Part shown: positions 9,278 through 18,800 of the stretch, piece by piece | Layout: each line of letters begins with the position of its first letter | How positions within the stretch are numbered: the first letter of the stretch is position 1 | Origin: Chloroflexota bacterium | GTDB lineage: Bacteria; Chloroflexota; Anaerolineae; JAAEKA01 | Length of the DNA stretch: 64,000 bases | NCBI GenBank assembly: GCA_034717495.1 | Contig: JAYELL010000031.1 | Location: forward strand, 19,669-83,668 | Direction of reading: 5' to 3' | The notes under the pieces: generated by a model | Databases searched by the model: none | Told to the model about the DNA's origin: nothing | Seen by the model: the letters and a program-made list of their open reading frames with translations, nothing else | Program-made: the position numbers and the translations under genes

Positions 9278-9424
9278 GGTAAAGGTTACTACTCAGTCTC
9301 GGCAGGAAAATGACTTGTTTGCGCTCAGATCAACCACAGATTGCACAGATGTTTTTGTTTGAATCTGTGTCAATCAGCGAAATCTGTGGAAAAACTGAGA
9401 CTGTCTGAGCAGTTACTGGTAAAG
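9278..9424. repeat. Composite nested palindrome in the 5' region of the giant gene
   Basis: Nested inverted repeats: CCACAGATT (9334-9342) / AATCTGTGG (9381-9389); CACAGAT (9344-9350) / ATCTGTG (9363-9369). Outer imperfect arms GGTAAAGGTTACTACTCAGTCTC (9279-9300) versus GAGACTGTCTGAGCAGTTACTGGTAAAG (9397-9424). Confidence 0.7.
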
Positions 9425-9721
9425 ATCGATTTCAATTGATGAAAATGTAATTGCGGGCCGAGACCACTACCAGGTTAAACGAAAAACTTCACAGGATTCC
9501 TCCGTTTTGTGATCGCCGCGAGGTGTACAGTGCCAAAAAACCAGAACCACCGGTCACCCTGAGCCGGCGGTCCCAAAAAAAGGCGGACTACACCACTATC
9601 GAACTTTGTAGACATTTTGTGGACCCCTATCTGCTATCATAGTGGAAACTGGCTTGTCGGGAAGTTGGTTTGGCGTACCCCTTGAACGTAGATTTAGCAA
9701 ACCATTGAGGAGGTAAGTGAA

Positions 9722-10051
9722 ATGGCTTTGAGTATTCTATCCTGGGATTTGCCTCCAGCGGAGCAAATCGAGGCTTACAATGAACAAGCCCGCACAGTAT
9801 GGATTCCAACCGTACTGAAGCAGCCGGGCATCAGGGAATTCCGCGCTTATCGGAATCCTTACGATACGACGCCTCAGGTTGTGGTTCACACTGAGTTTGA
9901 CAGCCTGGCGTCGTGGCTGAAGTTTATCGAATCGGAGGACTATGCGGCCATCACGGCCGGCATTCGCGCTGTGGGTTGTACAAACCTGTCAGCGGAGATC
10001 TGGGGCGCTTCGCCGGTAGTCCCGAAACCTTTGAGGCCGCCCGGCGGTTGA
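9722..10051 (+). CDS. Small hypothetical protein, possibly dimeric alpha/beta-barrel (ABM-like)
   Basis: 109-aa ORF with a strong SD (GAGGAGG, 8 nt upstream of ATG 9722). Size and the FRAYRNPY...HTEFDSLASWLKFIESEDY pattern are reminiscent of ABM/Dabb folds. The family assignment is weak. Confidence 0.45.
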   Translation: MALSILSWDLPPAEQIEAYNEQARTVWIPTVLKQPGIREFRAYRNPYDTTPQVVVHTEFDSLASWLKFIESEDYAAITAGIRAVGCTNLSAEIWGASPVVPKPLRPPGG

Positions 10052-10294
10052 TCGTGTCCAAGCAAGGGGTACGCCACCTTCAGCATGACATCGATAAGGC
10101 CCAAGTCTTGTTGTAGTACCAAGGAGGGTGCAACGAATCACAGGAGGTTGTCAGCGCAGGTTCAGGCCTGCCTGTTGCCATCGGAGAGCTGTTTTTTTTC
10201 AATCGTGCATGTCCGTGATAAAATGGCGGTAGTTGTTGATACCAGGCAACCTGCCTTGTGTACGCCTGAAGTTTCTGTCGAAAAAGAGAGATTG

Positions 10295-10972
10295 ATGAAC
10301 TCGATTGAGAATAGCAGTTTCGGTATGGGGGCTGAGGAATCCGCAGCCGATACCCCAATTACAGCGCAGGAGGACTTCGTCAACGGCGTGTATTCCCTGG
10401 TGGATGAAGCGACGGCATTCGAAATGGATCGGCTGCGAAGCGAAGATGGCATTATTCCAAGCTGTGGATTGGGCTGTTCTCACTGCTGCCGGTTTCATAT
10501 CCTTACGAACATTGCAGAGGCCCACGCCCTGGCGCAATACATCAAGCGGGAATTTTCAGGTGACCAGATTGACGACCTTCGGATGCGAACGCAACAATGG
10601 CATGCCTGGGACAATTCCAGGCCGGGAAGATATCCGCCGGTCAACATCGACGAGCAGATCGATCTTTCCGACTATGACCATTGCTGCCCTCTGCTGGTAA
10701 ATGGCGCATGCAGCGCCTATCCTGTGAGGCCGGTCGCCTGTCGAACGCATTTTGTCTCTTCGCACCCCCTATCCTGCGCCGCAGCAAACGATCCGGAATC
10801 TACAGAAGACCCTCCGGTGGTACTCATGTCTTTTGTGACGGCGACAGGTCCGTTGTCAAGGACAATAGGGGATTATATCGAAAACGAAGGCCTGGATTTC
10901 TCCCGATCAACAATGCTTCTTCCGCATTGGTTGGCGATTGCAATGGGTTGGGAGTTCGCCATATCGCCGTGA
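10295..10972 (+). CDS. YkgJ/UPF0153-family Fe-S (zinc/iron-chelating CxxCxxCC-type) protein
   Basis: Motifs CGLGCSHCC and CCPLLVNGACSAYPVRPVACRTHF match the PF03692-type cysteine pattern. ORF track start 10085 is probably too far upstream. ATG 10295 (MNSIENSS...) is chosen, with ATG 10223 as an alternative. Confidence 0.6.
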   Translation: MNSIENSSFGMGAEESAADTPITAQEDFVNGVYSLVDEATAFEMDRLRSEDGIIPSCGLGCSHCCRFHILTNIAEAHALAQYIKREFSGDQIDDLRMRTQQWHAWDNSRPGRYPPVNIDEQIDLSDYDHCCPLLVNGACSAYPVRPVACRTHFVSSHPLSCAAANDPESTEDPPVVLMSFVTATGPLSRTIGDYIENEGLDFSRSTMLLPHWLAIAMGWEFAISP

Positions 10973-11056
10973 TTTCTCGTAGAAGATTGGGGGATATTGT
11001 CGGCCACAAAATCAGCTGCCAGCTTTCAGGCCTGGTCGATCTGTCTGGGCCGGCTG

Positions 11057-13531
11057 CTACTCCTGGAGTTTCATTCGTCGCAGCCGCAGCGAGTTGCCTA
11101 CCACAAACACGGAGCTGAAGGCCATGGCCGCCGCGGCGATCATCGGATTTAGCCGGTATTGCGGGCCGAGAATGGGTACCAGAACACCGGCAGCGATCGG
11201 AATGGCCAGTATGTTGTAGAAAAAGGCCCAGAACAGGTTTTGTTTGATTCCCCTCATAGTGCGCTGGCTCAACCGGATCGCCTGGGGAACGCTGCGAAGA
11301 TCACCCCGCATGAGCACGATGTCGGCGGTCTCGATGGCAACGTCGGTGCCGGTGCCAATGGCCATCCCTATATCGGCCTGGGCCAGTGCAGGCGCGTCGT
11401 TGATCCCATCCCCCACCATGGCGATCAGAGGAAAATGATCTGTTTCCGAACTTGCGACCTGCGACTCGCGATCTGCGACTTGTAAACGCTTCACCTCTGC
11501 CGCTTTGTCCGCGGGCAGTACTTCGGCCACGACGCGGTCGACGCCCACCTGCCGGGCAATGGCGTCGGCAGTTCGCTGGTTATCTCCGGTTAGCATGACG
11601 ACTTCGATACCCATTTCGTGCAGTTGGTGGATGGCTTCCGTGGAGGTGTCTTTGACCGTGTCTGCAACGGCGATGATACCCTGCGCCTTGCCGTCCACGG
11701 CCACCACCATGGCTGTCTTGGCTTGCGCTTGAAGTTGCAATACCTGCTCACCCAATCCATTGAGCTCAACCTGGTGATCGATCATCAATCGCGGGCTGCC
11801 CACAAAGACCTGATGGCCATCGACGGAAGCTCGAATACCGCCTCCGACAATCGCCTGAAACTCTTCCGGAACCGATAGGCTGACCTGCTTCTGTTGAGCC
11901 AACGCGACAATGGCCTGTCCCAGGGGATGCTCGGACACGCTTTCGGCCGAGGCAGCCAGTTGCAGCAGTTCATCTTCCGACAGGGTGCTTTGAACCACAT
12001 CGGTGACCTGTGGTTCACCCGCTGTAATGGTGCCCGTCTTGTCCAGGGCCACGGTCTTCACTTTGGCGGCCGTCTCCAATACTTCGGCGTTTTTGATGAG
12101 GATACCGTTTTCGGCACCAACCCCTGTGCCTGCCATGACAGCCGTCGGCGTTGCCAGTCCCAACGCACAGGGGCAGGAAATCAACAACACCGATACGGAG
12201 AACAGCAGGGCGGTCGTGAAACCGACACCGCCAATGAAGTACCAGGCCAGGAAAACCAGCAAGGAGAGGATAATGACGGCGGGCACAAAGATGGCGGCCA
12301 CCTGATCTGCCAGTCGCTGGATGGGCGCCTTGGAGCCCTGGGCTTCCTGAACCATGCGCACGATCTGGGCCAACGCGGTATCCCGGCCAACCCGGGTTGC
12401 CTCGAAGCGAAAGCTGCCGCTCTTGTTGATTGTGGAGCCGATGACTTCATCGCCAGGACCTTTTTCACTTGGCAGGCTTTCACCGGTTACCATGCTCTCG
12501 TCCACAGCGGACTGACCGCTGAGGATGATGCCATCCACCGGGATCTTTTCGCCAGGTCGGACAATGACCGTGTCGCCGACTACGACCTCGTCTACAGGTA
12601 CCTCTCTCTCTTCGCTGTCGCGTACAACGCGCGCCGATCGGGCCTGCAAGCTGAGTAGCTTTCGGATCGAGTTGCCTGCCTGGGTTTTGGCTCGGGATTC
12701 AAGATACTTGCCTACCGAGATCAAGGTAATGATCATGGCGGACGACTCGAAATAGAGGTGGCTATCCAGGCCGAGTACCAACACGGCCAAACTGTAGAAA
12801 AACGCAGCCAGCGACCCCATGGTCACCAGGGTATCCATGTTGGCCGTTCGGTTTTTGGCCGCCTTCCAGGCACTGCGCAGGAATGGCTCACCCACCCAGA
12901 ACTGCACGGGAATGGTCAATGCCAAAAGCAACCAACCCCGACCCGGGAAATCGGGGATGAAGCCCAGATCAACGCCCATGCTCAGGATCATGATGATCGA
13001 CGTGAGCACGATGCCTATGGTCAGTCGCCTTTTTCGATCCTGCAGCTCGGCCTGGCGGGCCCGCAGTTCGGCGTCCATGGCGGTCTCACCCAAACCAGCT
13101 TCCGGCTCAATGACCTTGTAGCCGATCTCGCCAATCAACAGTTTCATGTCGCCCACACTGACCTGACTGGGCAGATAGCTCACATGGGCCGTTTCATTGG
13201 CAAAGTTGACGTTGGCCTCCAGGACCCCATCCATGCGCCTGAGATTGCGCTCCACGGTTGCAGAGCAATTGGTACAGGTCATGCCCGCGATGGGCAGGTC
13301 CACTGTGGCCTCGGCAATGCCGTAGCCGATCTCTTCGATGGTTTCCATCATCGCCGGCGGAGCGATGACCGAAGGATCGTAGATGATTTCTGCCCGCTCG
13401 TTGGCAAAGTTAACGTTTGCTTCCAGAATGCCGTCCATGCGCTTCAGATTGCGCGCCACGGTATTGGAACAATTGGTACACGTCATTCCGGTTACCGGAA
13501 TGCTGAGGCGTTTGGTGTCTGGTGTAGTCAT
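11057..13531 (-). CDS. copA: Copper-translocating P1B-type ATPase
   Basis: Two N-terminal HMA domains (GMTCTNCS twice), CPC transmembrane motif ([11 protein letters not shown]), DKTGT phosphorylation site and the GDGINDAP hinge. 824 aa. Confidence 0.95.
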   Translation of the reverse strand: MTTPDTKRLSIPVTGMTCTNCSNTVARNLKRMDGILEANVNFANERAEIIYDPSVIAPPAMMETIEEIGYGIAEATVDLPIAGMTCTNCSATVERNLRRMDGVLEANVNFANETAHVSYLPSQVSVGDMKLLIGEIGYKVIEPEAGLGETAMDAELRARQAELQDRKRRLTIGIVLTSIIMILSMGVDLGFIPDFPGRGWLLLALTIPVQFWVGEPFLRSAWKAAKNRTANMDTLVTMGSLAAFFYSLAVLVLGLDSHLYFESSAMIITLISVGKYLESRAKTQAGNSIRKLLSLQARSARVVRDSEEREVPVDEVVVGDTVIVRPGEKIPVDGIILSGQSAVDESMVTGESLPSEKGPGDEVIGSTINKSGSFRFEATRVGRDTALAQIVRMVQEAQGSKAPIQRLADQVAAIFVPAVIILSLLVFLAWYFIGGVGFTTALLFSVSVLLISCPCALGLATPTAVMAGTGVGAENGILIKNAEVLETAAKVKTVALDKTGTITAGEPQVTDVVQSTLSEDELLQLAASAESVSEHPLGQAIVALAQQKQVSLSVPEEFQAIVGGGIRASVDGHQVFVGSPRLMIDHQVELNGLGEQVLQLQAQAKTAMVVAVDGKAQGIIAVADTVKDTSTEAIHQLHEMGIEVVMLTGDNQRTADAIARQVGVDRVVAEVLPADKAAEVKRLQVADRESQVASSETDHFPLIAMVGDGINDAPALAQADIGMAIGTGTDVAIETADIVLMRGDLRSVPQAIRLSQRTMRGIKQNLFWAFFYNILAIPIAAGVLVPILGPQYRLNPMIAAAAMAFSSVFVVGNSLRLRRMKLQE

Positions 13532-13575
13532 GCAGGAAGGCTAAATCAGTCAATGGGCGACACTGGTCTGTGGCG

Positions 13576-14049
13576 TTATGGTGCGTAGCTGGAGAAGATA
13601 TCGGTATGGCCCGAGGAATCGAAGGTGAGCACGTCATAGGGCTGATCCTCGTATCCTTCAACTTCCATGCCGGGTGACCCGATGGGCATAGCGGGCACGG
13701 TCAGTCCAGCGACATCCGGCCGTTCGGCCAAAAGGCGTTCGATGTCTTCGACCGGCACGTGGCCCTCGATGACGTAGCCATCGACGATGGCTGTATGGCA
13801 AGACTGGAGGTTTTTCGGTACCTGATAGCGCTCTTTGATGCCCGTCATATCAGAGACATCTTCGATCTGAACGGCATACTCATTGTTCTCCAGGTACTCG
13901 ATCCAGTCGCCGCAGCAACCTCAGGTGGGTGCCCTGAACACCGTGACGACAGGGGCTTCTTTCTGGGGGGCTTCCTGCACCGGTGCCGGTGCGGCGCAGC
14001 CCACGATCAGTAAGGAGACGACAACGCCCAAAAGAATGACTGGTCTCAT
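13576..14049 (-). CDS. copG: DUF411/CopG-family periplasmic copper protein (lipoprotein) with in-frame TGA at codon 43 (candidate Sec, or pseudogene)
   Basis: Minus-strand reading from ATG 14049 (SD AGGAG 9 nt upstream) gives MRPVILLGVVVSLLIVGCAAPAPVQEAPQKEAPVVTVFRAPT-TGA-GCCGDWIEYLENNEYAVQIEDVSDMTGIKERY..., continuing into track ORF 13576-13848 in the same frame. TGA occupies 13921-13923. Downstream motifs SCHTAIVDGYVIEGHVP and MPIGSPGME are DUF411 hallmarks. Confidence 0.7.
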
Positions 14050-14073
14050 GGTATTATACTCCTGTGGTGTTCG

Positions 14074-14280
14074 TCAGTTCGACGGTGGATAACCAATCTC
14101 GACCAGCATGGCCTGAACCGCGGGCAGCGTTTCCTCGCTGTCAGCTTCAACCAGGACAGTCTTGGTGGCCTCGCTGGCCTTGACGGATTGAACGCCATCC
14201 ACGAATTTCAGCTCGCGCTCGATGGTTTTGACGCAATGGCCACAGCTGATAGCCGGCACTGTGTAAGTCTTGGTAGTCAT
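14074..14280 (-). CDS. copZ: Copper chaperone, HMA domain
   Basis: MTTKTYTVPAISCGHCVKTIE... carries the CxxC metal-binding motif. 68 aa from ATG 14280 with SD GGAGA upstream. The track start 14349 is an upstream extension. Confidence 0.85.
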   Translation of the reverse strand: MTTKTYTVPAISCGHCVKTIERELKFVDGVQSVKASEATKTVLVEADSEETLPAVQAMLVEIGYPPSN

Positions 14281-14317
14281 TTCTGTTTCTCCTGCAGTTC
14301 TTTTGATAGAGGGAAAG

Positions 14318-14599
14318 TCACATTTTCCCGGTTTCATGGAAAACGCCAACGATTTCGTCGATCATCCGCTCGCGTTCGTCTGCGTCGTCGCCGCGGATGG
14401 CGGTGGTGACGCAAGTGTTCAGATGATTCTCAAGGACCATGGCGCTGACGCCTTCCAGCGCTTTTTGCACTGCATGGATCTGTCGCATGACATCGATGCA
14501 ATATTTGTCCTCCTCGACCATGCGTTGAATGCCGCGGACATGCCCTTCAATGCTCTTGAGCCGATTGATAACCACACGCTCTTGATCGGAATCCATCAT
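14318..14599 (-). CDS. csoR: CsoR-family copper-sensing transcriptional repressor
   Basis: RLKSIEGHVRGIQRMVEEDKYCIDVMRQIHAV...ENHLNTC carries the C-H-C ligand signature of CsoR/RcnR (DUF156). Start MMDSDQ at 14599 or 14596, with SD AGAGGA upstream. Confidence 0.85.
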   Translation of the reverse strand: MMDSDQERVVINRLKSIEGHVRGIQRMVEEDKYCIDVMRQIHAVQKALEGVSAMVLENHLNTCVTTAIRGDDADERERMIDEIVGVFHETGKM

Positions 14600-14626
14600 G
14601 GCAGATCCATCCTCTTCTTTGATCTC

Positions 14627-14658
14627 GGACCCCGCCCCCCGGGGGGGAGGGGTGGTCC
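14627..14658 (-). promoter_or_regulatory. G/C-tract palindrome, candidate CsoR operator
   Basis: GGACCCCGCCCCCCGGGGGGGAGGGGTGGTCC. The inner 25 nt (14629-14653) are a palindrome with one mismatch. It lies between the -10 box and the csoR start. Known CsoR operators are C-tract/G-tract pseudo-palindromes. Confidence 0.6.
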
Positions 14659-14660
14659 AC

Positions 14661-14690
14661 ACTATACCACGCATCCGGAAAGGTTGTCAA
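14661..14690 (-). promoter_or_regulatory. Sigma70-type promoter of the csoR-copZ-copG-copA operon
   Basis: Minus strand reads TTGACA (14690-14685), an 18-nt spacer, then TATAGT (14666-14661), immediately upstream of the palindrome. Confidence 0.6.
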
Positions 14691-14819
14691 GAAGCTGCTC
14701 TTGCCGAAGGCAAAAGCGGGAATCCACGCGGTGCCACAACTGGCGATTGCTCCCTGCCACACCTGCACCTGGGTTCGGGCGCAGGTGTTAACAATTGATC
14801 ATTGACCACTGACAAGTGA

Positions 14820-14892
14820 CCATAAACTGCCAGCTTTCTCACGCTGGCAGACGCGCCAGCGCAACCCGGCCGGTGAAACACGGGTTGCGCTG
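14820..14892 (-). terminator. Tandem hairpins terminating the CBM9-like gene
   Basis: Perfect 12-bp stem CAGCGCAACCCG/CGGGTTGCGCTG (14857-14892). Followed by an 8-bp stem CTGCCAGC/GCTGGCAG (14827-14850) and TTTAT on the minus strand. Confidence 0.6.
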
Positions 14893-14916
14893 CGAAAATG
14901 TCTACGACGCCGGGCG

Positions 14917-15702
14917 TTATTGCGCCGAGATGATGGGCAGGTAGAGGGGTTGGGGGATGGCTGCGAAATCCTCTACCAGTTGGAGTTCGCCGTCGGCCTG
15001 GTTCCAGGTGGCATTGCCGGCCCAGATCATGTGAAGATCGTAGTAGCCACCCGTGTCGTCGTCGTGCAAACCCAAGCTAAAGGCCATGGTTTTTCCTGCC
15101 ACCAATGGCGCATTGACACCATAGAGATCCTCGGCCGCAATTCGCACCTCGACATCCCAACCGTCAGGAACCACTGACGTTCCCACTTCGATGGGCACCG
15201 GCGTAGCTGGGATACCGAAATCGGACTTTCGCCCGTCGGCATTGACGGTGTACTGGTGGTCGTCGCCCCCGCCCGGTATCCCGTCGAAGGCGCCGATGAA
15301 CGCCAGCTCGATCTCGTCATCCCACCATACCAGTTCGCTGTCGTTGACGATGACATCGTCATCGATATGGAGGCCAAAGAACAGGTCGGTGCCGGACCAC
15401 ATGGCCCACTGATAGACACTGGCATCGGCCGGTTCCGGCGGCGGATCGCTGTCAGGTTCTACCCGTACGAAGTCGGCGGTGTCCTTGTCCATGTACAGAT
15501 GGGGAAAGAGTCCCCAGTCGCTCAGATCCCCGTCGATTACCGGGGTCTCAACCGCCTGGAAGGCCTGGGCCGGGGGTTGCGCAGATAGAACCGGCGCGCG
15601 ATCTCCCGGTATGTCGACTCCGGGCTGGGCACCCATGGAGATGGTGGCAGTCAGGGTCAAGAGAATTGTGATCAACAGAAATGCAATAGCCAAGGGTTTC
15701 AT
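14917..15702 (-). CDS. Secreted CBM9/DOMON-like carbohydrate-binding domain protein
   Basis: Signal peptide MKPLAIAFLLITILLTLTATISMGA. IDGDLSDW...LFFGLHIDDD...DDEIELAF pattern typical of CBM9-like domains. SD TAGGAG upstream. C-terminus is ...PQPLYLPIISAQ. Confidence 0.6.
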   Translation of the reverse strand: MKPLAIAFLLITILLTLTATISMGAQPGVDIPGDRAPVLSAQPPAQAFQAVETPVIDGDLSDWGLFPHLYMDKDTADFVRVEPDSDPPPEPADASVYQWAMWSGTDLFFGLHIDDDVIVNDSELVWWDDEIELAFIGAFDGIPGGGDDHQYTVNADGRKSDFGIPATPVPIEVGTSVVPDGWDVEVRIAAEDLYGVNAPLVAGKTMAFSLGLHDDDTGGYYDLHMIWAGNATWNQADGELQLVEDFAAIPQPLYLPIISAQ

Positions 15703-15879
15703 GTTCTACTCCTATTTCTTCGATATCCTGCCATGCAGACGCCGGGTAAGGAAGATGACAGGTACTGATCAAATTCCCACCCAGTACCGATGACGTCCGA
15801 CCGGGAAATGGGTCGCGTTCTTTCCCCTTTTTGCTTCATTCCATTGGGAACGATCTGCACCGGGCCAGGCGCAGATCCG

Positions 15880-18800
15880 TTATCGGAGCAGGAGTGGCAG
15901 AAAGATATTCAGCGGCTGCGGAGTCGGTGTCGCGACTGGCGTAGGAGTTGGCGTGCGTGTGACTGTCGCCGTGGGGCTGGCAGTTTGGGTAGCTGTCGCT
16001 GTCGGTGTGTAGGTCGGACCTGGCGTCGAAGTCGACGTGTGTGTTGGCGATGGCGTTCCGGTCGCCGTCGGTGTGTTTGTTGCCCCGGAAGCGCCCGGCA
16101 TGTCATTAACCAGTTGCGCTCTGTCACTAAGCTGGCTACCGTCTCCTTCGCCACTCACCTCTGCCATGTTGACGATGCGGGCAGGTCCGGCAGGTGAGTC
16201 GACATAAATGGCTGCCGAATAGTTTTCGTTTGCACTGAGAGTTCCCAATGACCAGGTGAGGGTATTGCCTGTCACGTTGGTTGGCGGGGGATTTGAATAT
16301 TGGTAGACGAGCTCCAGAGGCAGCATGTCGGTTAAGATAGTGTTTTGCACCGCCTGCCCGGTCATGTTCCGCACTTGCAGCCGGTAGGTGATCGCCTCTC
16401 CTGAAACTGGTGTTTGCAGATCCTTTTCCAGGCTCAGGCGACAGGCCTCGTCGTTGCTCTCACGGTAATGAACGGTGTTGAGCCACAGCTGAAAATCGGG
16501 GTTGCCTGGTTCGCACAGCTCAGAATCTCGGGTATTCAGAGACCACAGGCCGAGCGTTGTCAGGCTTTCCGGCAGGGGACCACTTAAATCGGTATCGGAG
16601 AGGTGCAGTCTTCGGAGGGCGCCCAGGTCTGCCAGCGATGCAGGCAACGGTCCACCGACGGCATTGTGGTCCAGGTAAAGACCCGATAGCTTGCCCAGGC
16701 TGCCCAGAGACTCCGGAATCGTGCCCGACAATTCGTTATGGTGCAGCGCCAGCGCGCGCAACCCGGACAGGTCGCCGAGGGCGGCGGGAAGGGCGTGATC
16801 CAACTGATTGTGTTCCAGGTTCAGCAACTCCAGGTTCGAAAGCTGGCCCAGCTCTGCCGGAAGAGCTCCTTCCAACCGGTTGTTGTCCAGATGAAACCCC
16901 CGCAGGGCCGCCAGGTTGCCAACGGTGGACGGTAAAGGGCCGGAAAGCTGATTGTTGCCAAGATAAAGATATTCGAGGCGGCTCAGGTTTCCCAGGCTGT
17001 CCGGCAAGGGCCCCACAAGTTGGTTGCCCTGGATCGAAAGGTGGCGCAGGCGGGTCAGATCGCCCAAAGAATCGGGCAGCTGTTCCGAAAGTTCGTTGTG
17101 CCCCAGCCACAGGCTTTCCAGGTTGACCAGGCCACCAATCCAATCTGGAATGGATCCCATCAACTGATTGCGGGAAAGGAAAAGATGCTGCAGATAGGGC
17201 AGGTAGATCAGGGACGGGGGCATCGGTCCGGTCAGGCGGTTCTCGGCAAGCTCCAGGGCCTGCAGGTTACCCAGGTATTGCAGCGTGTGGGGAACACTCT
17301 GGAGCAGGTTGGTGCGGACATCGAGCCATTGAAGGTTGTGCAGGTTGCCAAGGGCTTCTGGCAGGGCAGAAAACTGGTTGTAGTGCAGGTCCAGTCGCTG
17401 TAGATTGCCCAGATAGCCGATGGTCGGTGGCAATGTCTGCGTCAGTTGCCGTCCCGCCAGGCTCAGACCGGTCACGGCACAGCGAGTCTGGTCCGGCAGC
17501 ATGACCAGGTCGACGTAATAGTCGAAACCAGCCAGTCCATAGCCGTCCAGGATGCCCTGGATGGTCGGTTGATCGACGGCCTCGTAGGAGCAGGCATGGT
17601 AGGTTAGCCGCAGGTCAAGCTGTGTCCCTGGCGACCCGGGCCGGCGGGCCACCTCCAGATAATAGGTTTCACCCGCGGTCATGCCCAGGTTCAGATTGGA
17701 GGTTCCGGACCACCAGCCTGCATTGTCGTTGCATCCCCGGGCGGTCAGTTCACCTCGTTGACCCTGCCAGGCGGCCACGACGGTGTCGAAATCGCTGCCG
17801 ACGGTGTTGGCCGTGATGAAGCCTGAGTCTGGCGCCACAAAACGGTACCAGACAGTGAGCTCGTTTTGCCCCTCTCCGCAAGCCATGTCAGGATCATCGG
17901 CTGCCATGGTTGCGGCGGAGATATCGAGCGATGATTCATAGGGAAACGCGTCGATGACGATCGCGTCGTCGAAGTCGTCGTTTACCGGCGGCGATTCGAG
18001 GCCATGTCTCTCCACCTGCCTGGATTTTGCCAGACTGCCAGCATCGGTTTCGACCTTGCTCACCTCCACGAAGCTGATCCACTCGTCACCATCGCCCCGA
18101 CTGCGGATTCGGAAATCGTAGCCGTCCAGGCCACCTGAGAACTTTGCATCGGGGAGAAGAAAGCTGGCTTCTTTCCAGTCATCCCGATTGGTTTTCTGGA
18201 CCACTCCGGCCACTTTGAAACTGTTGTCCAGGGCATCATATTGCAGATCCCAACTATCGTTTCCCGCGTTGCGATATATGATGGAGACGCTCACCGGTTG
18301 GGAGCTTGCGCCGTCGAAAAATGCCTCATCCACGTCAAAAAACATATCCGGATTGCCATGGTTCAGATCGGTACGCCGCGTATATCGTCCCCAGGGGTGG
18401 TCGGTGACCTGCCATTCAGGGATGGTGCGGCCTCCCGGTGCATCGTCCTCCTGGGTCAACCAGAAGTCATAGTTGCCCCATTGGGGATACCAACGTGATG
18501 AGCCGCCTGGCTCAGGTGGCGCTGCCTCGCGCAGGGCCACCCACACGCCTGGCGTTGAGTCGACATCCACACCGGCATAACGATCGGCCAGGCGCAGGGC
18601 CCATTGCCGGACGGGGTCCTCGGTGCGAAGCGTATTCTTGCCGATCAACAGGTAGCTGGGATGCTTGTTCATGCCGTTGAGCAGGCTCCACAACAGGTCG
18701 CTGCCCTCCGGATGATAGACCGATTCAGCTTCCCAGCCCATGGGCACCTGTCCGGCGTGTTCGAGCATGGGGTCGTACTGGCCTGTGCGGCAGACATCGG

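Noticed and set aside
9451-9642. 63-aa ORF in the AT-richer region upstream of the giant gene.
   Set aside because: It has no SD and an atypical composition, and it lies in a probable promoter/leader region between divergent genes.
13576-13848. Treating the 90-aa track ORF as a complete stand-alone gene.
   Set aside because: It lacks a signal peptide and the CxCC site that define DUF411. The upstream 42 codons plus the TGA are in frame, with an SD and a lipobox. It is therefore either one recoded gene or one interrupted gene.
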